Notes under the pieces: model-generated
Seen by the model: only the letters and a program-made list of their open reading frames with translations
Told to the model about the DNA's origin: nothing
Databases searched by the model: none
NCBI GenBank assembly: GCA_051294375.1
Contig: CM119270.1
Coordinates: forward strand, 20,985,775 to 21,049,774
Source of the DNA: Paraspadella gotoi
Taxonomy: Eukaryota; Animalia; Chaetognatha
Reading direction: 5' to 3'
DNA: 64,000 nucleotides
In this document: piece after piece, positions 26,103-37,967 of the stretch
Layout of the letters: each line of letters opens with the position of its first letter
How positions within the stretch are numbered: the first letter of the stretch is position 1
Program-made: the position numbers and the translations under genes

Positions 26103-26872
26103 TCAAGTGGTCGGCACTCTATTTTCTTTGGCCCATTTCTTCAAAACCCGGATGAGATACTCGACTTGAGGATTATTTGTGTTGCGAAGAATTTGAATGA
26201 CGTCACGCAGAGTTTCTTTGGGTTCGTGACCCGCGATTATCTGAGAGAAATAATTACTATAATTGTAAATAATGTAAATGTGAATATTTTAAAATTTTGA
26301 ATATTCCGGTGAGCTATGGTCTGATCATTTTAAAATCGTGAATTATGAAAAAAAAACAGAGCATGAAAAAGTAGATATTTTGGCTTTTTTTTCTATTTTT
26401 AACGCTGAATACATTGAAATTTTTAATAACATTTTTTAGATTTTTTATTTAACTTTTTATGAAGAATCAGAATTTTCAATACAATTTTTTTTTAAATTTA
26501 AGATTTTAAATGGATATTACTAATCTTTTTTGAACTTCTTAATTATACTATCTCACATCTAAATATCTTTGTTTGTTCACTCAAATAAAATATACGTTCC
26601 CCAGTGCAACACTCTACTGTTCATGTTGTAAGGGAACCAGGTTGCGATCCCGGAACCTAATGAACACGAACTTATGGCTTTACTCAAAGAGCCAAAAAGT
26701 TACACCTGAAGAAATTATGTATATATTGTTTGATTGCACTGAGCATTGACAGTTATTAAAGTATAAGTAAGTCGGAGAATCAACATAAGCAATAATCGAT
26801 TTTTTTCATTCATTTATTCTGACATTTACCGCCATTTTCGCTCAACTCATTTTTCCGGTAATTATATATAAT

Positions 26873-26920
<48 letters not shown>

Positions 26921-27044
26921 TCAATTGGTTTGCAAATTTGCTCCAGAAACCGCGAAATGTCGAGAGAAAATTTGCGCTACATTAAGAACCAGGTTATTTA
27001 ACCTTTAGGACTTTGATTAACCACATGAAACCCTTTTCCCAGTA

Positions 27045-27094
<50 letters not shown>

Positions 27095-30000
27095 ACTCTC
27101 TCTCTCTCTCTCTCTCTCTGCTTTTCTCTCTCTCTCTACTTTTCTTCCAGTTGACATTGCGCGTTTTAACTGCGATTTTATCAGACAAAATCTTTTTTCC
27201 CATATTACTAAACCCTTAATATACATACAATATAAAATAACCAATAAAAAATCTCATCCTGAAAACAATATTGCTAGTTTTATTTTATTAAGTTCTTTGG
27301 TTTCCACCTCAAACCTTACCTTAATTCTAAAATAAACAATTTACTTACTCTCACTTTATATTAACTATTAATTTATTAAAACATCCATAACTTTAATCCC
27401 GAATTTAGTTTAATTATAAACTTCCAGCCCATAAAAGTGAGTTATTTTTCTAACTCAAAACATGACAATTTAACCATAGCTTTAAAGATTAACCCGAAGA
27501 CCTTAACCAGAAGTTTTTTTTTTTTTTTTTTTTTTTTCAATTCATCTTTGCTTTTGACCTTATTTTTCATAATGTTATCAAATAATGTTATAAAATAATG
27601 TTATAATGTTATTTTTCATAATGTTATCTAATAACAAAATCCCTGGCAAGAGTCAGTCTCGTGACGGTCACTTGATAACAACAAAGGCGGTCACGTGATC
27701 AGAACAGGTTTTAAGTATAATATACTCATTTTGCATCTGTTTCATCTGATCATTTAAAAATGCCGACACTTCAAAAAGAAACTACTGAGGCCCACAATAT
27801 CGAACGCGCCGGTTCCTTCTTTTCTTTTATTTTATTTTTTTTTAATATTTTGTTTCGTTATTTTTCTTTCCTAAAGACGCTGATTCTCATTTGCATATGG
27901 CAATATTTTATTTTAAATAGAAACATGTTAATTTATTAGCGTGTTACCAATAAAACATAAATGTATTTTCCTATTATAACAATCCGTAAAAAGGGCCTGG
28001 ACCATTTGAAGTATGCCTACAACTTTTTTTTCAGAGTAATATTAAATTAAATAACCTCAAAACCAAAAAAAATGATTCTCCAATCAAAGGTGCTCTGGAT
28101 ATAAATACTATTGAATGCGAAACGATGTGAAATTTAGGACAGTTTTATACATTAATTAAATTAGATCGTTTAATTTTTCTAGTTATATAATATATTTTAG
28201 AATTTAAAATATTTTTTTCTCCTTTCTTTATTCGCAGATTAATATTGGTTAATGATCCCAAGTTGGAAAAATGATTGATTTACAAACTTTTGACTTTATA
28301 TTTGGAACGGTTCTTGCTGTTGCTGATTTTGTCACTGATTTTAAAACTATGTTGGATAATCTAACCTCAAGAGATTTTACCTTGAAAATGTTTGGACTAG
28401 TATTTATGGCAATCATGTTGATTCATAATCTGTATCGATGGTTTATGGAATAATTATTTTTAAAAAATATGGTTATTTTTCCCTAAAATATGGAAATCTT
28501 CCATACAGAGATTATTAACCATGTTTCTTTCTTCATTGGATTAGGAACTATTCCATTAACTATTGATTTGAATGCGTCACGTAATGTGCAATCAAAACCA
28601 GTTTTGGTCTATAAAGAAAATATTTTGTTTGTGACTAACTCCATTCATGTATTGATAGAATCCTATTTCCAGATGCTTTTGCAATCTGCATCACTTTTTT
28701 ATATCATTACAGTCAAAAGTGATGAGCAATGCTACATTGATACCTCAGTTAATGTTCAAGAAACTCTAGAAAGTAAGATGTTTTAACTCTTAACTCAAAA
28801 TGACCATCATAATGAACCTGTTAAGTATTTTAAAAGAAATTGTTCTTTCTGAGGAAGAACCAAAGTATAAAAACATAATCCTATGTCAACTTTTAGGACA
28901 AAAAGATTTAACCAACATTGTCGCGTGAACAGTTAAAGCTTTTTCCTATTATTATTAAAATTTGCGAAAACGATTTTAATTTTAATAACGAATTTATTTT
29001 TCAATTATAACGGACATGTTTCATATTTTTAGTCGGATCGCTTTATCAAGCCAGATCCCGACTCTATAACTCACTTTTTATAACTCACTTTTTCGGTCCG
29101 TCGGTCCGCCCCCTCAATATTGTCGGGCACACACTTATATCATGTCAGAACATCGAATTATGATAAATTATGCAAAAAAAATGATGTCCGTCGTCCGTCT
29201 GTCTGTCGTTCCGTCCGTCCGTCCGTCCGTCCGTCCGTTCCGTCCGTCCCACCTTAGCAAAAAAACCCAATTACTCGTGATTGGATGGATGGATTTAAAT
29301 GAAATTTTGTGTGTGGATAGGTAAGTGTGTGATTGAGCTGGATATTAAGTTTCGATGGAATCGTCCGAGTGGAAATGAGTTTAAATGGAAAAAAAACAAA
29401 AAAATATATTCACTATTTGAACACCAATTGCTCATGAGTGGATGGGCTGATTGACCTGGAATTTTGTATGTGGGTAGGAAAGTGTGTGATTGAACAGGAA
29501 ATCAAGTTTCGATGGAATAGTTTGAGTGGAAATGAGTTTAAATGGAAAAAAACAAAAAACCTGTTTTACTAATTGATTATGCTTCTTTTTTCCTTTTATA
29601 TTAAATGTATCTGCAGGATGTATTAATAAATCAAATAATTAATCAGTTAATTAATCAATTAGTAAATAAATTAATCAATAATTAATTAATTAGTCAATCA
29701 ATCCGTCCATCCGTCCCATCTTAGCAAAAAGCTCCAATAACTCGTGATTGGCTGGTTGGATTGGAATTAAATTTTGTGGTGTGGGTAGGAAAGTGTGTGA
29801 TAAAGCTGGATATAAAATTTCGATTGAATCTGTGAGTGGAAATTAGTTTAAATGGAAAAAACCTAAGTCGAATTTACTAAAATATTTTTACTTATTTTAA
29901 CCAATAAATACTCCAATTAATCATAATTGGATGGATAGATTGAGTTGAAATTTTGTGTGTGGGTAGGAAAACGTATGACGAAGCTTGATATAAAGTTTCA

Positions 30001-30677
30001 GTGGAAACGTACCAGTGGAAATGAGTTTAAATAAAAAAATATGAGTCACATTTACTTGAATCTTTTTATTATTTTAACCCATGATAGATTGAGATGAAAT
30101 TTTGTGAGCCGGTAGGAAAGTGAGTGAAGAAGCTAGATATAAAGTTTTGACGGAATGCAAGTTGAAAAAATTATGAAAGTTGAAAAAATGATGCAAGTTA
30201 AAAAAATCTTAAAAGCATAAGGATCGTCGCTATTGCATAAAAAAGAGAGAGGAGAGAGAGAAAGAGAGAGTGAGAGAGAGAGAGAGAGTGAGAGAGAAAG
30301 AGAGAGAGTGAGGAGAGAGAGAGAGAAGGAAACATAAAATAAAAAAATCTTAAAAGACTCAAGATCGAGCCAGAGCCCACTATCATAGAAAATTAATGAA
30401 AAAAACCGGGAAAAAAACGAATGAATCATGCGATAACGAATTGTTGATGTACTAGTAATTGATTGAGGTAATACTAATTGATTGATGTAATAGTAATTTA
30501 TTGATGTAATAGGAATTGATTAATGATTCGATGATAATCAATTATTGATGCGATGATAGTCATTCACTGCTGTGATGATAGTCATTCAGTGATGCGATGA
30601 TTGTCATTCATTGATGCGATGATTGTCATTCATTGATGCGATGATAGTCAATAAAACAAACAAATGCGTGTATGAGT

Positions 30678-30717
<40 letters not shown>

Positions 30718-30756
30718 AGAGAGAGAGAAAGAAAGAGAGAGAGAGAAAAGAGAGAG

Positions 30757-30792
<36 letters not shown>

Positions 30793-32285
30793 AAGAAAGA
30801 GAATAAATCCACGAAATCTCGGATGAAAATATGGGATTTTGTATTGAAAAAAAGCGCGGAATAAATGGCAATAATAAAAAGTTTTTAGAAGGAAAAAAAT
30901 AATCAGAATTTTTCAAAAAAACAAAACGATCACGCAAAAGATCGGACAGATAGGGACAGACACACACAGAGAGACAGAGAGACAGAGAGAGAGAGAGAGA
31001 AAAAGAGAGAGAAGAGAGAGACAGCCGCTGCAGAGAAAAAGAGAAAGAGCGATATATAATAATTAAAAGAGAGAGAGAGAGAGAGAAGCTCTACAGCCCT
31101 TTACTCGTTAAAGAATCAGCAGTACTTATGGCGCCGCACGTAGCGTGAGCTATTCTCTACCAAAGGACCCGGGTTCGCGCCCTGTTCGCGCCCTGTTCGC
31201 GGCATCGTTTTTTACATTAGTGAACCCACATTATATCTAAAAAATTTTTTGTAAAAAAAAAAAAAGAGAGGAGAGAGAGAGAAGAGAAGAGAGAGAGAGA
31301 GAGAAAGAAGCTGGACAGACGCTGCAGAGCCGAACTCGTTTTTAGAAGAAGCAGTGACGGGAAAAAGAGAGAGAGAGAGAGAGCGACATATAATTAAAAC
31401 GTTTTTGTTTTGTAAATAAAACATAAACAAATACCAATATTATATGAAACATGAGAATTTTAAAGATCTTGATGATATAAAGCCATATATGAAAATTCAA
31501 CTCCCTATGATATCACACTTTCAGAAGCCATGATTGCAAAAAAAGCGAGACCGAAAGCTAAACCGAAAAAAAATCTAGACAGGACGGGCTTTGCCCGCCT
31601 GGCTCGATAATAGAGGATATTTGTTTGTTTTGATAAAATGTAAACAAAACATTTAATAACTGTCCTGACTCAATTTTAAGGACATCGATGATGACAAGCT
31701 GAATATAAATTATAATTAATCTATTAATTAATTAATCTATTAATTAATTAATCTATTAATTAATTAATTAACTACATTAATTAATTATCGTAGGCAGATC
31801 CGACATTGTTTGCTCAAACTTGTTTTTAACAACTGCTTTATTGAAAACTGTTAAAGGCTTGAAAAAAAATGTGAAACAACAAAATAAATTCATGGTTCAA
31901 ATTCAATTTTTTTTTCGCTAAAATTTAATGATAATGAATTTATAAAAATCGTAGTAAAATTATAAACTAAACTTTTATATTACTTTTGTGTTCATTATTG
32001 TGGTCGACATGATAGTTATGGTAGTTATTAGGGTTGTGGTCATTATGGTACTTAAGGTCTTTATACCTAGTTTTTTTGGTTATGGAAGTCGTTGATGTTT
32101 TTAGTGATTGTGGTTATGGTAGCTGTAGTTACTGTCGTTTTTCTAGCGGTGGTAGTGATTGTTCGCGCGACTAAAAAAAACCTAATCTAGTTACAATGAT
32201 AAAGGTAACTAAATTGACATATGTTTTTGGATTGTATACAATGCAAAAACAAAAACATTATAACTTATAAGTATTAAGTAATTGT

Positions 32286-32325
<40 letters not shown>

Positions 32326-35300
32326 TTAATAAGCTGTATTATATAAATATAATTAACTATATTAAGTATAAAATACTTAATGATAGTTTAAAATTGTAGA
32401 TTTGAATTCGATTTAAAAAAATAACTAACCCCTTTTCTTCTTAATTCTCATCTTAGTTGGTGCATATCTTCATATCCATGGGGAAGTTTATAACCAACCA
32501 GTAGGTGAGAAGATAAGAAAGACAAATTTGAATTGTTCTTGCGAACTATTAGAAGGATTGTCTTTTTATTTTGAATATTTATGCAATTGGAGAATAAAGG
32601 AACATTTTACCCGCATTTCAATTGGGCTCTCAACAGTGACTATTGCAATATTTTCATCCAAGTTAAGATGCAATGATTTGACATGTACTATGTTAAAGCT
32701 TAGCCAGTTCTTATGCTGTGTACAAGGAACTGTTGGTTTAATACTGGGCTTATATTTAATAAATTCTAGTGCTTTACAATATTCATATTGGATTTTTGCA
32801 TTCTCTCCGATTTTGATTCTACGAGTGTTAACAATATCTGAACTTAGATTAATTATTAGGTCAATTTTTTTGAAATTACATAATGGGAAAATCCATATTT
32901 CGAAAGCTAAGAATAAATGGATTCAAAATTTAATTATGATTTTTTATAATTTGTTTATCCATGCATTTGGTTTGACTTTTAACAGTTATCATGACTTAAT
33001 CTTCAACAACAATTATGAAATAAAAAATAAAATGTATCGATTTTTGCCTTATGTGGTATTCAAAAAACATAATGATACAATTCAATCATGGCATTTTTTA
33101 TTACCTTCTTTAAAAACGGGACTTTTTAATTTTGATGAAAGTTACCAAATACAATATTATGTAATTTCAGGAAATAGTGCTCTTTTCTACCTTACGGAGA
33201 AAATAATTTTGTTAACAATTAGTATAGAAATAATTTTATTTTTGATTGATCTTAGTTTTTTGTTATTTCTAAAAAAACATCTGCTAAACTTTATTTTATC
33301 TTTAGAATCCCTCGTTTTTTTTGCAGCAATGACCTTTTTAGATTCACAAGTAGCTGAACCTGACCGGACCTTGTCAATTTTTTTTTACCCGCTAATAATT
33401 TTATTGATACTATTAATTGGAGAGCAGAAACTTTTAGTAAATATTGTTCATAAATCAAAGCTATTTTTTTTAGCTCTTATGATTTCAGTATTATCTGTAT
33501 TTTTTCCTGCAATCGCATTTTGGTTTTTTCAAAAGACTGCAATACAGATGTCATTGGCTTTTGAGTCTTGGAATGAAAGTGTTAAATCTTCTGTAAGGTC
33601 TTCTTTGACACAAACTTTTAACATAGGAAAAATTGCAAACTTGCAGGTCCATAATTTCAACAGAAATTTTTTCTTTTTTATGAGTGTATCGTTTTTACCT
33701 GTATTTAATCCATTGTTTTTATTAAAAGGTAAATCTCAACGTAATAGATTTTTCTATAAAATCATTTGGATTTTGCTGATTTCAAGTTTTTATTTTTCCC
33801 TTTTTCAACTCCTAAAACACTATGTAGATGGAGTAAAAAACAAAATAGAGTCAGATCACACTAAAGATGGATTTTGTTTTTTTTATGTTCCTCATTTCAA
33901 AGCTGAATCATGTATAGTTTATTTGTTAATTCCTACCATTGTCTTGCTTCTTCATGCTTGTGAATGAAATAAGTATACTAGTTTACTTTACTATGACAAT
34001 TTAATGTAATTAAATTTTAAAAATCAGTAATTTTTTTATTAAATCTTTATTAATTTTTGTAACTAATAAAATAAGAAACGAGAAAGATAAATTGGACTTT
34101 TTATGAAATTTTTTAAAACTTTTCAAATTTGTTTATTTTTCTCTACCTGTTGAAAGACTCCAACACATGCGCCACGTTTGCCCTCCCAATATTCAGGATT
34201 TGAATCAAGTCTCTCTAAAACGTCGAAAGCCTGAATTAGAAAAAAAAATAATTTAGGTAAGTAAAAAAGCATAATATCTTAATATGTCAAAAGAGTCAGA
34301 ATAAATATTAAACAGATTGCAGAAAGTAATACAAAAAAAAACAAAATCGTCAAGTCTTGCAGCAACTCGCCTTAGAGGCGTAAAAGAATTGTCCCGTCTT
34401 GTAGCAATCGTTGGCGATGAGTTGCAGCAAAGTGAAGGATTCTCCTGAGGTCTCCATCTTGAGGTAAAGCTCCCAAGCTTGACGAGCCTTTCGATTCATG
34501 ATGTAACATCTGAGTTGAAGAAGATGAGAATTTGGAATTTACTCCGTTTCCGTTTTGAGCAAAAATTACATATTTAGTACAAGTTCATATTTTGATGCTA
34601 AGTATTCCAATTAGTGATTAGTGACTTGTGATCACGTCAATTTTTTCACGGGTTTTCTTAATTATTATCAACTTCTTCAGAAGCCAAATTTGAAAAACAA
34701 CCGGCCAGTCCTTACCTGGCCAACAGCAATCCTCAACATGCCAAAACTCAATCCTCAACATGCCAAAACTTTCACCTTTCCCAAGCACATTTCTTACCTT
34801 TCCCTACTTACCCAAACTTTAAGCCAACTTACCTGGCCGACATTTCCACAGGCCAAACCATCGGCTCACTCCCTATCAGTTCTATTTTTTTACAGGCCAA
34901 TCTTCTATCCCACTCCTTACCAGATCTACCGTTACAAAGGCCAAAATACTAGACCAATTTCTTCACTGGCCAAACCGCTTACTCAGTCCAAACAACGTAT
35001 CTGACTAATTTTTTTTCAGAGACCAAACTACTTACCTGGCCAACCAACTTTGATAAACGTAATCCGATTTGATTTTTTCGTTTTGTATCATAAGGAGAGC
35101 ATCCTCCGCCTCCTTGTACCCGCCGACCGAGGCCTTCGCCTGATACATTTAAAAATAAATAATATGTGGATAAGGCCCTAGGTGGGGCTGAAGAGTGCTA
35201 TCCGCAACTTTTTAAACCCCCCTCTAGCAGCCATGGAACGGGTCCTGGGCTTGGAACCAAGCTTGAGGGTTTTCCACGACCTCATAGAAAAAATTACTAT

Positions 35301-37911
35301 TTCCTTCGATGATTTGTACTTCATGATATATCTCAAAAATTTTGTTTTAACAATTATTTGATTGGTTATTTTACTTCATGTTTAGCTTATGTCAGATCCT
35401 CATTTATGGAGTATACCTTCCTTCGTCTTTACATTCTTAGTACCACTGTATATTAAATAATTAGTCGAGAATGACATAATTTTGCTTACAAGTACAATTC
35501 CCTTTTCCCTTTTTGCCATTTTTCAAATTTCCCCTTTTCTTCTCTTTTCTTTTTCCCTTTTTCCCTTTTTCCCTTTTTCCCTTATCCCCTTTTCCCCTTT
35601 TTCCCTTTTTTCCTTTTTCCCTTTTTTCCCCTTTTCCTTTTATCCTCTTTCTCACTTTTTTCTCCTTTTCCCTTTTCCCCTTTTTCTTCCCTCTTTCCCC
35701 TTTTCCCTTTTTCCCCTTTCTCCCTTTTTTCTCCTTTTTCTCCTTTCCTTTCCCTTTTTTCCCGTTTCTTTTTCCCGGCTTTCTCCCTTTTTCTCCTTTT
35801 TCCCTTTTTCCTCTTTCTCCCTTTTTTCCCTTTTTCCCTTTTTTCCCCTTTTTCCTTTTTCCTCTTTCTCCCTTTTTTTCCCTTTTTCCTCTTTCTCACT
35901 TTTTCTCCTTTTTCCCTTTTTCCATTTTTTCCACTTTTCTCTTTTTCCCCTTTTCCATTTTTCCCCATTTTCCCTCTTTCTCCATTTTTCCCCCTTTTCC
36001 CTTTTTTCCCTTTTTCCCTTTTTTCCCTTTTTTCCCTTTTTTCCCTTTTTTCCCCCTTTTCCCTTTTTCCCCAAAACCTGAGCGAAGTTGAAGTTAAAAT
36101 TGTCGTCGTTGTAGAAATAACTTTTGATGGAATTCAAGTAAATGAGGACGTCATCGAATTGCTTGAGGAGGAAGAAACAGGAAGCCATGCATTGTCTGAA
36201 GTTGGGGAGAGAGAGAGAGAGGGAGAGAGAGAGGGAGAGAGAAAGCAAGAAGGAGGGAGAGAGGAAAAGATAGAGGGTGAAAGATAGGGAGAACAGGAGG
36301 GAGAAAGGGAGGAAGAGAGAGAGGGAGGAGGAGAGGAAGAAACGGAGAGAGGGAGGAAGTTAGGAAGAGAGGGAGAGAGGAGTTAAGAAGGCGGAAAAAG
36401 AGAGATGGGTGGAGAGAAATAGTGAGAGGGAGCGGAGATTTGTTGAAAGAACCATTTAAAACAATCTAATCGAATTGAAAGTAAGAAAAATACTTCATTG
36501 ATTAGGAAATTTGTGTACCAAATTAAAATTAAAATATTGCTTTGTTATTATCTTGTAAACAGGCAGGTCCAATTTCCGCTGAACTTACCTTTCCGGTCTC
36601 CAGTGACCTCATCCTCCCCGAAAGCCTCACCTGCCAGGAATTGTGTCGCATTCGGATGCTGCTCCGCCAACCAATTGAAAATATTGTTGCGAAATTTTCA
36701 GATGCTCTCGGCTTCCTAGAAGGGAAGACGGACAAAGAGTAGTCGATGCTAATTTTAATTAGACTAAAAGAAGCATTGGCTTATTGTGATACAAATATAT
36801 ATATATATATATATATAATTTAATCGTTTGTACCAATTTAATTTTATATTTTATATTTTTTATTTTATATAAATATAATAAAATGATTATTTCATTATTA
36901 ACTTTATATCAACTATTCGCGTTCATAAATTACTGCAGTCAATCAAGCAATCAAACTAATCAATCATTCAATCATTTAAAATAGAATTACCAATATATCC
37001 AATGGAAAATACAACCAATCAACGAATGGACCGACCAATCAATTCACTCGCGCCTAGTTCCTGTCCCAAAGTCAACCAATCAATCAATCAACCATTCAAC
37101 CAACAACGAAGGGACCAACCAATCAATTCACTCGTGCCTATGGCCTGTCCCAAAGTCAACCAACAAATCAATCAACCAACATTGAAAGGAGCAACCAATC
37201 AATTCACTCGCGCCTATGACCTGTCCCAAAGTCAAACCAACAAATCAAGCAACCAATCAACCAACAACAAATGGACCAACCAATCAATTCACTCACGCCT
37301 ATGACCTGTCCCAAAGTCAACCAATCAATCAATCAACCAACAACGAATTGACCAACCAATCAATTCACTCACGCCTATTTCCTGTCTCAAAGTCAACCAA
37401 TCAATCCATCAACCAATCAACCAACAATGAATGGACCAACCAATCAATTCACTCGCGCCTATTTCCTGTCCCAAAGTCAACCAATCAATCAATCAACCAA
37501 TCTACCAACAACGAATTTACCAACCAATCAATTCACTCGCGCCTATTTCCTGTCCCAAAGTCAACCAATCAATCAATCAACCAATCAACCAACAACGAAT
37601 GGACCAACCAATCAATTCACTCGCGCCTGTTTCCTGTCCCAAAGTCGCGTTGACGACCCCTTTGAGGATGTACTCCTGCGGCGTTGAAGGCTCCAAGTCT
37701 TTGATGAGTCCAAACGCTTCTTGGATGTCATCTTGTTTGAGATAATAAATGACCAGGTTGAGTCTCGCCTCTCGGATGATGTCCAGGAGAGGAGGAAAAA
37801 CCTGAGGTGGGAGAAATAAGATTAATATTAAATTGGATTAATATTGTTGAATTAGATTAATATTGGATAAGATTATTATTATTACTTAAAGATTATTATT
37901 ATTACTTAAAG

Positions 37912-37967
<56 letters not shown>

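Noticed and set aside
35482-36091. Phe/Pro-rich and Lys/Gly-rich ORFs
   Set aside because: Translations of a pyrimidine tract in a TTC26 intron.
37002-37745. Repetitive NQSTNN ORFs on the plus strand
   Set aside because: Antisense translations of the TTC26 donor array and exon 8.
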